From: Octopus bimaculoides
Lineage: Eukaryota
Direction of reading: 5' to 3'
DNA: 56,355 nt
Assembly (NCBI RefSeq): GCF_001194135.2
Contig: NC_068983.1
Span: forward strand, 121,507,873 to 121,564,227
Shown here: positions 36,231-50,100 of the stretch, in pieces
Position numbering within the stretch: position 1 is the stretch's first letter
How the letters are laid out: each line of letters opens with the position of its first letter
Translations under genes and position numbers: made by a program
Notes under the pieces: generated by a model
Database searches by the model: none
Told to the model about the DNA's origin: nothing
What the model saw: the letters and a program-made list of their open reading frames with translations, nothing else

Positions 36231-38913
36231 NNNNNNNNNNNNNNNNNNNNNNNNNNNNNNNNNNNNNNNNNNNNNNNNNNNNNNNNNNNNNNNNNNNNNN
36301 NNNNNNNNNNNNNNNATATATGGGTGTGTGTGTGTTTGTGTGTCTGTGTTTGTCCCCATAGCATTGCTTGACAACCGATGCTGGTGTGTTTATGTCCCCG
36401 TCACTTAGCGGTTCGGTAAAAGAGACCAATAGAATAAGTACAAGGCTAACAAAGAATAAGTCCTGGGGTCGATTTGCTCGACTAAAGGTGGTGCTCCAGC
36501 ATGGCCGCAGTCAAATGACTGAAACAAGTAAAAGAGTACAAAATATGAAATATATAACAGAATGTTTATAAGGTGTATATATTGTATGTGGAAAGTAGAG
36601 CCATGTGATTGCTATAATGAGTTTTGGAAAATTGTAAGGATAATTAAAATTCTGATAGCACAGCCACTGATTATATTTTCTCACTAATATGGCTTTTGAC
36701 CCCAAAGAACATTTATTTTTGACTCTCAATCTTCACTGCAAGACTAAATATGTTTACAAACACAATAGATTTCATATCATCTGGTGAGTTGTACAGAGTT
36801 AACATTCACAAGAGTTATAGCTGGATATTTAAAGGTTGTACTGGCCTCGTAACAGAAAGGTTGATTGTTTTTAGGTCGTTATTGGCACTGTTACTCAAAC
36901 AGTTGTAAATAGGTATCATTGACATTGAGTGGCAGATCTCACTTTTGTTGGTTTTTATCAGTTTGCTGTGTTGATCAAACCCTGTAATAGACCGGTGTCA
37001 TATCCAGGAGAAATATCTCTGAATATTAGCATTCACATTATTCTGTCAAAAGTAAAGCTTGTTTATTCACATGTTTTGAATTAATCTTGCTTTGTCTTGT
37101 AGCTTTGAGATTTTGATGAAGTAACTGTTTCTTTTTTAGAATGATATTGTAGGGTTGGTGTGAGAAATCAGATCTAGCTTGTCTGAACATAAAACGGGTA
37201 GAATATTTTGGCCAGATATTGCTTGTTTAAATGCTAAAGGGTTAATGGTCATAAATCTTGGGTAAACTTGTCACATTTTTTTTTTGTAATTGTAGTAGAT
37301 AAATATAAAAATTGGAGGAAAAATGTTTTTTTGGAGGGGAACAACTGAATCATTTACTTTGAAACATTTACTTTGCTTATGAGAGTTTGGTGAATTGACT
37401 TCCAGTTAATTCAGTAAGTCACTCTCTCCATCACTGCTCCCAGGTGAATATAGGGACAGAATTTGTTCTTACATACATTCAGCTAATGTTAGCTACTCCA
37501 CTATTGTAACTTATATACAAAATAAAAAAAAATATTGTTTGCAAACAAAGTATGTGTGTGTGTGAGAGAGAGAGAGACTAAGACTGAGACTATTTCAAGT
37601 AAACTGTGTATTTGTTTCAAATTCATAAAACAAGTTTTGTGTAAAATTCATAAAAATGTGTTCTGTAGAGAGAGCTGAATTTGTAATATTATTTGATTTT
37701 ATGACAAATGAGATGATTATTAATTCTCTTTGAGTCTATTCCTTTCATATACTTATGTGTGTGTGTGTGTATGTATATATGTATATGTACATTTCTTTTT
37801 AAATATATTTGCATTAGTCGATTGGTTTCAAAGGCATCTTATTATTTGGGAATAACGAACAAAAAACCAAATACCTGCCGTCATTAGCCACTGGAGAGAA
37901 ACTTGCTGCCTTTTGTTTAACTGAATCTGCGAGTGGATCTGATGCCAGTGTAAGTAGAACTTTAACAATTCTAACATCTTAAATTACTAACCATTCTTAA
38001 TGTCTCTAATATGATAGCATTGTTTTGAAAAAAACTGAGTAGTGCAACTTTGTTGGTTTTTGTTATTGATTTCCATCAAAGGCTGAACTTCATCAGTACG
38101 GCTTAAAGGCTATCTCGAGAGTTGCAAGTTTTAGGTAGAAGTAACATATTTGAAAGACCTTGTTTATTTTGAAAATTGAAGATACATTGAGTCTTAGATT
38201 TCCTTGTTGTAATATACAAATAACTGATAAATCCAAATTTATGTATGTATATTTGTTGTCAAGAAACTGATATAACTTAAATTGCTTTCACCAAGTATAA
38301 TGTAATTCACAGAACATATCAGTTTTGTTGTTTATCTGACATCTAGCAATCTGTAGCAGAGGAGCAACCAACATGTTGAATGTAATGACTAATATTTTTT
38401 GAACATGGTATGAAATAACCAAAAGGGCAAAATAGTTAATGAAATGAAAAATGCATGCATTTATTTGTGACATGTTCCTGTATACTCAAATGTGGAATGA
38501 CACTTGCTGCTGGATTTTGACTTGAAAAACAATTTCTCCTTCAAAACTTTGTATATTAAATATACAACATGCTCCAAATGACATCTGCTGACTTTTGGAC
38601 ATCAGTGTTTCAGCTTCATTTTAACTCTTCCTTGATAGACACTACATTGGTCCTTTGGAGCTAACTTGTCTTTTTAATATAAAGTCTCTGCGGCGAAAAT
38701 GTTTAATGAGACAATCCTGCAGTGAGTACCATTCCACATTTATTTACTTACTTTTTCTCTAAGTGGAGATAATTTCAATAAATCAGATTTATCTTAGATT
38801 TAATTTCTCTTTATTTGTCTTTATTGTTTCAAATTTATGCCACTGGTCACTTCGCTCATTTTTGTTACATATCCTTATTTATTTTCAATTGAGGTATATG
38901 TGTGTATATGTGC

Positions 38914-38946
<33 letters not shown>

Positions 38947-41900
38947 ATATATAGTTTTAGGGAAAATAACCAAGTTTCAAGAACTCATCGATGAAAATCC
39001 ACTATCACATATAGAAAAATTAACAATTAAAAGCACAATAAATGAGTATAATATAAAGCAAAGTAAATATCATAAGATAAATATAATATAATATAATATA
39101 TTATATTTATATTATGATATTTACTTTGCTTTATATTATACTCATTTNNNNNNNNNNNNNNNNNNNNNNNNNNNNNNNNNNNNNNNNNNNNNNNNNNNNN
39201 NNNNNNNNNNNNNNNNNNNNNNNNNNNNNNNNNNNNNNNNNNNNNNNNNNNNNNNNNNNNNNNNNNNNNNNNNNNNNNNNNNNNNNNNNNNNNNNNNNNN
39301 NNNNNNNNNNNNNNNNNNNNNNNNNNNNNNNNNNNNNNNNNNNNNNNNNNNNNNNNNNNNNNNNNNNNNNNNNNNNNNNNNNNNNNNNNNNNNNNNNNNN
39401 NNNNNNNNNNNNNNNNNNNNNNNNNNNNNNNNNNNNNNNNNNNNNNNNNNNNNNNNNNNNNNNNNNNNNNNNNNNNNNNNNNNNNNNNNNNNNNNNNNNN
39501 NNNNNNNNNNNNNNNNNNNNNNNNNNNNNNNNNNNNNNNNNNNNNNNNNNNNNNNNNNNNNNNNNNNNNNNNNNNNNNNNNNNNNNNNNNNNNNNNNNNN
39601 NNNNNNNNNNNNNNNNNNNNNNNNNNNNNNNNNNNNNNNNNNNNNNNNNNNNNNNNNNNNNNNNNNNNNNNNNNNNNNNNNNNNNNNNNNNNNNNNNNNN
39701 NNNNNNNNNNNNNNNNNNNNNNNNNNNNNNNNNNNNNNNNNNNNNNNNNNNNNNNNNNGATTTATAAGAAAACTTTTTAAAATATTTTATAAGTTATATG
39801 TTTGTGTGTCTGTGTTTGTCCCTCCAACATCGCTTGACAACCAATGGTGGCGTGTTTACGTCCCCGTAACTTAGCGGTTCGGCAAAAGAGACCGAAATAA
39901 TAAGTACTAGGCTTACAAAGAATAAGTCCTGGGGTCGATTTACTCGACTAAAAGGCGGTGCTCCAGCATGGCCGCAGTCAAATGACTGAAACAAGTAAAA
40001 GAGTAAAGAGTAAGTTAGTTAAAAGTAGTTAAAGGTGACGACATCTATTCAGCAGTATTTTTGCAAGCTCTCTAAGGCTGTTGAAGTTTTAGTTGATGTT
40101 CAGCTTGAGTATTTGTAAGTCAATGTTTACAGGAAAAGAGTGTACAGGGAGGATATTTCTAGTGATTTGCTATTCTGGGAAGAAAATATTAGATGAAGCG
40201 TAATTGTCCAGTGTTGTAAGTATTTAGGAGGTGAGTCGTAGTAAAAATGATGACGGAAGGACAGAAAGCTGAGTGGGGTGGATTAGGGTGGGAGGGTTAT
40301 GAAAGAAAAGAAACAGCATGTTTACAGGTTGAAGATGTTGGTAATAAATCTTTACCATTCTGTCAAATAACCTGAATTTCATCTATGATGTTAGTGTGTA
40401 TCAAAGCAGCATTGTCCTGTAGATGTAGTACTGTAGAATGTAATTTTTCTCTGTATGACAATGTGGGTCTTATCTGTTTTTTTAACTTAGTCTGGAGGAA
40501 AGATAATACCTTTGACCTTTCTCAGAGCCTTTGAAACTGGTGGGAGGGAGCGAAGACGGAAGATATTTTTAGATTGAACCCCAGTACAAAAGCTTACAAC
40601 AGAGTGGACTTCAGTAAAGATACCCAGGGGCGATGTGGAGGTACTAAACTGGGTGCTGGGTTAAGTCTTTCACTCAGGTAGATCATTTACTATTGTACCT
40701 GACTGTAGCAAGGTTAAGACAAAGCTTTAAGCAAAATGAAAGCAATGCATGAGAGATAGTATATATAAATGGCAATACCCCAGCATGGCCACAGTCCTTG
40801 GACTGAAACTTAAAGGAGAGAAAAAGAAAAGTAATATATATAGCGAGAGAGAGTGTGTATGTAGTAATAGTGAGATAGATTGATGGTGACAGAAAATAGG
40901 AGATTTGTAGATCTAAAAGCTGAGTTATTTTTCATAGCAAATAATATTTTTTCATTATTAATTATGGATAACATTCTGTTTGGGATACAGATTTCAAAAG
41001 TCATCATCATTTAATGCCAGTTGTCCATGCTGGCATGGATTGGACTATGAAATTCATTTTTCTTAAAGATACACTATTTCAGAGCCTTTTGGGGCTAAAC
41101 ACACATACATAGCCACATACACTTGCATTTATAGTTGTTATATATATATATTATACTCCAGCTTTGTAACAGAGTGTCCATGATCTGCGGAACTGCTACT
41201 AATCCTAGAAGGTATCAAATCTATCTGGCAGTGTTCTGCTTACATCACTAATTTTCCAGGAAAATAAGCATAACATTTTCACACCCACTTGAAATCAACA
41301 GAGAAAGCTCTAACATGGAAAACATTTAATTAGAAAATGTAGATACTTAAATGGTTAACTTCTTTCTTCAAGCTTGCCTGAGATAAGTAAATGTTAATAA
41401 CACTGATTTCTAACATAGGCACAAGCTAGTCATTTTAAGAGAGAGAGGTATAGTTTTTTTGACTCCCAACTCTTTACTGCTGTTATACTTTATGTGCCCG
41501 CTGAACATTTACCTCAATGGAATTTGAACTTAGAAACTTAGAATATAAAAGGGCAGCAACTAAATGCTACGTGAGATTTTATCAGTGTCTTTACATAGCC
41601 TTATTGTAGTTATTAAAAAAGACATTAGTCATTTTATATGAGTATCTGACCCTTGGGTTTCGTTTCAAACTTGTTAAATTTGGTTGTTATTCATCGAAAC
41701 TGGCCTTGTTGAGATATTATGTTTAGTTCTAAATCACATGGGAAGTCACAATTCAATTAGATTCCGTATTTCATTATTTTTCATTTTACTTTTTTCATTT
41801 ACTTTTTTTACATTATTTTTATTTACTTTTATAAATTAATCAACATATTTAATATTGTTAGTATTAATGATTATTGCTAAACTATTAAACTTTCAACTAG

Positions 41901-42860
41901 ACCTAGCATTCTATAAAAATACATCAACCTGTCTCACAACAAAATATTTACGCATTGTAAATATTGGAGAATTCAATCATAGACAAGACACCACTTTACT
42001 CTTTATGAATACTTTGATGTGTCTGACATTATTAGTGTTAAGAAATGTGAAATTGTTATTCTTAAACCAGGTACTTCACATTGTGTGTGTGTGTACCTTG
42101 ACATATTTAGCACCACTAATGTTATGAATATTGAAGTGTTATATGTTAGATATCTCACTCTTTATGAACACATGAAACATATCTGAAAGTTTAAGGATAT
42201 ATTTATCCATTTCATTATCTGCTTATATGTTGTTGTTGTTGGCACTCCGTCACTTACGACGTTGAGGGTTCCAGTTGATCTGATCAACGGGACAACCTGC
42301 TCGTGAAATTAACGTGCAAGTGGCTGAGCACTCCACAGACACGTGTACCCTTAACGTAGTTCTCGGGGATATTCAGCGTGACACAGTGTGACAAGGCTGA
42401 CCTTTTGAATTACAGGCACAACAGAAACAGGGAGTAAGAGTGAGAGAAGGTTGTGGTGAAAGAGTACAGCAGGGTTCGCCACCATCCCCTGCCGGAGTCT
42501 CATGGAGCTTTAGGTGTTTTCGCTCAATAAACACTCACAACACCCGGTCTGGGAATCGAAACCGCGATTCTATGACCACGAGCCCGCTGACCTAACCACT
42601 GGGCCATTGCGCCTCCACTGCTTATATGACAAAACAGGGAAATGGAAATTTTTTTACTTATTCTCTATTACACATGTGCCATTTGCTAATAGGAATTACA
42701 AAGATTTACATGTTGGATAGACATGTAAGGAATTTCTGATTAGAAATTTGTCAGATCAAGAAAAATCTTTTTTAGGAATAAGCAGATGTGCTTCAAGAGG
42801 GAACAGCTGGGATTTACCCTAACTATCTATATTTTATATGTACATTTCTCTCTCTCTCTC

Positions 42861-42939
<79 letters not shown>

Positions 42940-44087
42940 ATGTATATATATATATAGTTGCAGGAGTGGCTGTGTGGTAAGAAGCTTGCTTCCCAACCAC
43001 ATAGTTCCAGGTTCAGTCTCACTGCATGACACCTTGGGCAAGCATCCTCTTTTATAGCCTTGGGCTGACCCAAGCATTGTGAGTGAATTTGGTAGATGGA
43101 AACTGAAAGAAGCCCATCATATGTATATATATGTATTTGTGTGTCTGTGTTTGTCCCCCCCACCATTGCTTGACAACCAATGTTGGTGTGTTTATGTCCC
43201 CGTAACTTAACAGTTTGGCAAAAAAGACTAGGTTTACAAAGAATAATTCCTGGGGTTGATTTGTTCAGCTAAAGGCGGTGCTCCAGCATGGCTGCAGTCA
43301 AATGACTGAAGCAAGTAAAAAAAAATAAAAGATTAAAAGAATATATTTTTATTTATTAGACTCGAGTTCATGATAAGAAGAGTGGCGCCGAAAAAGACAA
43401 AGTTTCAGCATTCATTGTTGAACGAAGTTTTGGTGGAGTGACATCGTAAGTTATTCTTTACTCCATACTTGTGGACGTTCTTACTATTAGCATTATTTTA
43501 CTAGATATGCTGATGTTGTTCTCTGATTAACTTGAAACATTGTTTATCAATTATTCTGAGATGTATGTATGTGTGTGTGTGTCTGCATATATGTATATGT
43601 GTGTGTGTGTGTGTCTGTGTATGTATATATGCATATATATATATGTGTGTGTGTATATATATATGTGTGTGTATGTATATACATATGTGTGTATATGTAT
43701 ATATATATGTGTGTATGTGTATATATGTGTGTGTGTATGTAAATATGTTAGTTCTGTGCATGTATGCATTATTGTTGGCATTGCATGTCTTTACTTGTGA
43801 CTGTGAGAAAAATAATGATATGCTGTTTACATTATTGACATTACGATGTTATGGTCAATTGTTCTGAAAAACAGATAAACGTTGGTATACAACAACAATG
43901 AAATGATCAATCTGAAATACAATAACAATAATAGGCCACTATATGTAGTAGTAGTAGTAGTAGTAGTAGTAGAAGCAGGAGCAGCAATAGTAGTAAAAGA
44001 AAAGGATACTGCAGCTAAATAACAATCCAGTAGATATATTTTGTTGATATCTAGCAGATCATCCAGAAAGAGAGAGAGAGAGAGAGA

Positions 44088-44135
<48 letters not shown>

Positions 44136-47100
44136 CAGATTTGCAGTTAATATTTTAGTACCAGAAAAATTTCAACTGGTTCTTTTCACTTGAATTGCTT
44201 AAGTAGAAAGAACTGAAGAAGACATGGGAAGAAGTAGTGATGGTTTCTTTTTAGAATCTGATCCTCGCAAGGAACTGCAAGATGCTATGCTGGAGAAGGC
44301 TCATCCAAGCCATGGAAGGAAGCATGGAATAATAAATGTAAAATGATGATGATAGATGCATGCATTATGATGTGCTAACTTGGAATACAAAATGATATGC
44401 TAAGATTTCATATAACCAGTTTTGTACTAATTAATACTGAAAGTGAGTAACATCAATCAAACAAGGTTTACTGCATGAAACTTTTAGATTTGGTTTTGTA
44501 ATACTAAATAATGCAAATAAGGTCCCTAGCTAGATATTATAAAATTTTAGTCTTGGTGGGATTTCAACTAAGAATGTCTACTGCCAGTGAATCTGATTTT
44601 TTATTACCCATGCAGGCTAACATAGAGGGGGCAATGCAATGTGATTGGGGTCACATACAATTGAATGATATAAAATTTTCATGTACAATGAAATCGAATG
44701 AATTGCAACACAATAAATTACAAGCAATAAATTACAAACAATAAACCACAAAGAATAAATCACAAACAATGAATAACAAACCACAAACAATAAATCACAA
44801 GATGAGGTGTTCAAAACAGGTATGCCCCAACCCCTTGAGCCCTGTCTTTAACACGAACTTACTGTTAGTCTCACAAGCGTGCTCACGCAGGGTCTTTCAC
44901 TCCCAACATGTGTGCTACACGCATCCATCGTTTTTAAACTCACTATCGGACAAACACCTCCTTTCCATCCCCACCTTCCTTTTCAAGTGAAAAGTGAACA
45001 TTTTCACGAGGGTGAGGTCGGAGACGGATCAGGCCTGTAATACCTTTGACCAATAGCACCTCTCCTTCTTCGCTTAACTTCTGTTTATTTTTCTTTATTC
45101 TTAGCCTCAATCTTTGATTTATTGCCTTTAAATTTCCCTTCACTTTCTCCACTACTACTTCTTTATTGTAGTGGTTCACCTGAGAAAAAAATGGGGATCA
45201 AAGCTTCCAATACAGCTGAAGTCTATTTTGACAATGTGAAGGTTCCTAAAGAGAATCTTTTAGGAGGTAAATAGAATTATTCTTATTTTTATTCATCCAT
45301 TTCCATTTCACTACTCCATCATAACATGTGAATGAATTCATAACTTCTTATTTTTGTTTTGTTTTGTCAATTCTCCATACATTTATCTCATAAACAATCT
45401 ACAATTAGAACCTTTAAGATCACTAGAAATGGTTTAACCTCTTGATTAGAATACTACTCACTTGTCTGTGATGGGGGCAGTTGCTACACACAAACTGTCT
45501 ACATTGCATTCAAAAGGATGTCCTTAGCTAAATAGCAAATTCACTTAGCAATACACTACAGTGACTGGTCCATAAACATAGTCTTCTCTTTGTGTCTGTT
45601 CTATTGATACTATAATAGTCTCTGTTCCTATGAACTGTAGTTATATACAATCTTCCCAAAGCTCCAGTGATGCATCTATCCATCCTCAAACTGTGTCATG
45701 TTCTCAAGGACTAGCACTAACTACTTTTCCAGTCCCTTTTTTGTAGAGTGTTATTCTTCTAGATTCTCATCCTCCACATCAACTTACAGATGTCCAGGAT
45801 GAACATTTAACCATATTAGTTTGACCATTGTCAGAGGTCCTATGAAGGTTATAGGGGGACTCTCTTCTTCCTAACTTAACCATAACAATAAGGTATAGTC
45901 AGTCTTACATTCTGATGTTTTTCTTTTACCATTGCCATAGTACTCAAATCTGGATCTTTGTTTTCACTATTGCTATGTTTGGGATAACAAACACTGTTCA
46001 TTGCCTTCCTTCTCCTCTGACCTTCATTAAATTGCAATTAACATCTTGTAGAGTAAAATCAATTTGAGATAAGCCTTGAAAAAGATATTGTATTGAAAAG
46101 ATATTGAGATAAATCTTGAAAAAGATATTGTATGTGGGACGTATCAACTATGTTGACCTGTTGCCTATGCTTGTTAGTATCTGTTAATAACATGCCACAA
46201 TTCATTACCCAGTTTTTACTTTCTTTCCATCATGACACAGTCAAGATGACAGAAGATAGACAGCCCCTTGGTTTGGTTAGGGAATTTCTCTGATACTGAT
46301 GTTACTGTAAGTACAGCTGAACTGCACAGTCATATCAGCTGGTGGTAGAAAGGTTATCTAGTGATAAAAGCTCAAAAGAAAATCTAAAGCAATAGAGTGA
46401 GGCTGGAAATAGTAACGTGTTGATGGAATCAATATTGGATGATATTAATATTGTGTTAGGGTGTGGAAACATGTGGAAGTCTTCTCTCTTAAAAATCTAT
46501 TCAATGCTTGCTTACATGAAACAATATATGTAAATAAGCTGATGAAGTTAGTGGATCCAATGGTGTCACAGACTACAATATGATGATTATATCCAGCCTC
46601 GATAGAGGAAGTCTCTATGTAGTTGTCTCATCTGCTGAAACCAGTAGCAAAATCTCATATTGCATTTATTTGTCTTAAAGGAAGAAAGGACACATGTAGT
46701 TAATTGCCTGGAAAAGATTGTGCAGTGGCCACAGTTAGACTGCCTTTGATTATAAGTCTGCTTGTTCTGGACTGATAAAAGCCTTAACAAGAAAAACAAC
46801 ACTGAAGAAAAGTAACTACCGTGCTTCAACCAATCCATTTTGTTCACCTCCATTGTGGCCTCCAACAGAACCTATAGACTGGACAGTAAAAAAAAAAAAG
46901 TGCCATATATCCAGACTACCATACTGCATCAAGGTGTGGTGCTTAAAGCTTTTATGTAATTGCAAAATCCTTTGCTAGAAATAGCAGCCATATTTCTCTC
47001 AAATCACAACCTACTATTTTTTAAAAAGTGGTGGAAGAATAAATTGAAGAATTTAGTCTGAGATAAATTGTCTGAAATAATAGGATGATCATGGCTATAA

Positions 47101-50100
47101 TGGCTTTAATCAGGATTCTTGGGGCTAAATGCCAAGAACCCTCACTGAATGTCAGGATGCATAATGTCCTTAACCAGACAAAAGCTAGAATATCCAGAAT
47201 GGGGATTCTGTGGATCATATGCACATGTTAACCAGCTACATCTGCGCCATAAATCTGGTTCAGTTGAGCTGACCAAAGGAGTTTGGTGGGAGCTAAACAG
47301 CAGCAACTAAAAAATTCTCTCACACAATTATTCACTATATCATATTTTGTTCCATTTTCCCTCTCTTGTCACATCTAAACCAAAACAAGATTGAAATAAT
47401 GAAAATCTTTCAAGTTGTAAAGTTGTTATGGGTATCATTACCATCACTGTTATCCTTATTAAAAATAATAATAAATGCGCCCTTTTAAAGCCTAGCCAGG
47501 CTCATGGGCCCGGTTTCCCGGTTTCTATGGCGTTTGTGTTCCCCAGCTGGACGGGACGCCAGTCCATTGCAGCGTTACTCATTTTTGCCAGCTGAGTGAA
47601 CTGGACCAACGGGAAATGAAGTGATTTGTTCAAGAACACAACACGTCGCCTGGTCCAGGAATCGAAGCCACAATCTTACGATCATGATGCCGACACCCTA
47701 ACCACTAAGCCACACACCTCCACTGTTATCCTTATTACCTTTCTCATTGTTGTCATTGGGTGGCAAATTGACAGTTGTTAGAGATTCAGATAGAATGCCT
47801 TGTGGTATTTGTTCCAGTCCTCTGCATTCTGAGTTCAGATCCTTCTGAGGCCAACTTTGCTTTCATCCTTTCAGGGTTAAGAAATAATGCATCAGTTAAG
47901 TGCTGGTGTTAATTTCTTGTGAAGGCCCATAACTCAGTGGTTAGAGCATTGGGCTCACTATCATGAGGTAGTGAGTTCAATTCCCCGACCAGGCTGTGTT
48001 GTGATCTTGAGCAAGACACTTTATTTCACATTGCTCAAGTTCACTCAGCTGTAGAAATGAGTTATGACGTCACTGGTGCCAAGCTGTGTCAGCCTTTGTC
48101 TTCTCCTTGGATAACATTGGTGGCATGGAGAGGGGAGGCTGGTATACATGGGTAACTGCTGATCTTCCATAAACAACCTTGCCTGAACTTGTGCTGTGGA
48201 GGGTAACTTTCTAGAAACGATCTCATGGTCATTCATGACCGAAGGGGTTCTTTACCCAATTTCTTGTTGGAATTGGCTGTGTGAGGAAGCCAAGAAAGAA
48301 TATCATTACCATCACCACTACTATTATCAACATCACCTTCTTTAGTTTCATGGTATCTGACTTCACAACTTTCAATGTCTCCCTAATCTTCAGCAAAATT
48401 AATTCAATTATGAAGCTGAAATATTTATTTATTTATTCATTTATAGAAGCTGGTGAAGGTTTTAAAGTTGCCATGAATATATTAAACAATGGTCGTTTTG
48501 GAATGGCAGCCTGCCTCTCTGGCACAATGAAAACATGTATACAAGCAGCTGTAAGTAGGATTCTTTTATTCTTTTCCTGGTTTCAGCTATTGAATTGTGG
48601 GCATGTTGGGGCACTGTTATCAGGGGTTGTAGTTAATTATGCTGACTGCTACTAGTTTTCTATTGCATCTGGAGCATAAAGGGACATAACCAAATACCAC
48701 AACGTTGTTTGTCCCATGCTCTAATCTTTTTTACCACATATGTCTTGAAATGACTATATTAATTCATCATTTGTTTCATAGTAATTGAATAATATTGTTA
48801 ATGCTAATGACATTCTAACTGCATTTTAGGCTGCACATGCAAGTCAAAGAACACAATTTGGTCGTCGTATTGACAGTTTTGGAACCATTCAGGAGAAGCT
48901 AGCTAGAATGAGTATGTATCAGTATGTTACAGAGGTAAGTTTACAGTTTTGTTGCTTTCACTACTAAATGGCCAGTACAGTGCAGCTGTTATTATTAATG
49001 CAGTAACTTCATCCAGCCGTTTAGGAGTTTAGACTAATAAATCTTTAGCAGCATGTGTTTATCAGCATGTGTCTCAAGTATAATAATCTAAAGCCAGGTT
49101 TTTCCTTTTACCAGTCAATGGCTTATATGGTGTCTGCTAACATGGACCAGGGTTCTACAGAGTTCCAGATTGAAGCTGCTATCAGCAAGATTTATGCTTC
49201 GGTTAGTACTTTAGTTCTTTTTTCATTTTTTAAATTTATTTACAAGAAAGTGAGTGTTATTGATTGATTTGTTTTTTGTGGTTTAAAATGTTTGTAGCTG
49301 CTATACAAGCAAGAATTCTAGATCCTCTAAAAAAAAACATCAGTTGATTAATTGGTGAACTTCTATTTCCACTTTCTTTTCTATCACCACTTCAATGGTC
49401 CCTACTTCTCAGAACTATCAGAATTGTACCCAGCTCACTTGATACACCTTTTTTCATCTTTTATTCCTACTATATCTTACTCCACCAAACCCAACACTAA
49501 GCACTTTTATTCATAGTCCTTACTCAGAACTGCAACGTTTTGGGATTTCTCTCTTCTTCATGCTTTCCTCACCCCCACTGAACTGCAGAAGTTCTAGCTG
49601 AATATCAACTACATCAAACTCACCAGTCATGGAGAATAAGTGAAAGTTATGGGTACTGTTTTGCTTCTTGGAAATAAATGATAAAATATGAAAAAGCAAA
49701 GATAACTACTCCTGGTAGATGGAAAGACTGTTAGACCAAACAGTAGGTGTTAGCCATCTTCAAACTTCTGATCACAATTCAGTTTTTTTTTAATTCAAAA
49801 TCCATTGACTGGTACTTAAAATGTTTCCTCCACAGTTCTGGCATCCAAAGTACTGATACTGAGACCATAAGGGCAAATTTTTCTGCAGGGCATTATATAG
49901 TTGGTGGATTTGATCTCTGTATCAATTTTGCTGTTACTTTGCAGGATATTGGAAAGGAATAACACTGCATGTATGAAAGTGGTACTCATATATGACTGTC
50001 ATGCTATGTCAAGACAAAGAGACACAAACACACATTCACACACACATATATGGTAGAAGTCATACAACATACATACATGTATGCATACATCCATACATGA

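Noticed and set aside
284-39767. Long ORFs in the track composed of X (e.g. 284-1225, 4955-5748, 15887-16420, 19592-20708, 39114-39767)
   Set aside because: Artefacts of N gaps read through without stops.
40020-40700. Possible decayed retroelement coding sequence
   Set aside because: No diagnostic motif. Also checked for the missing ACADVL exon (NGSK.WISNGG) and did not find it.
30725-49267. ORFs 30725-31006, 48281-48655 and 49055-49267 as separate genes
   Set aside because: They are ACADVL exons 3, 11 and 13 with read-through into flanking intron.
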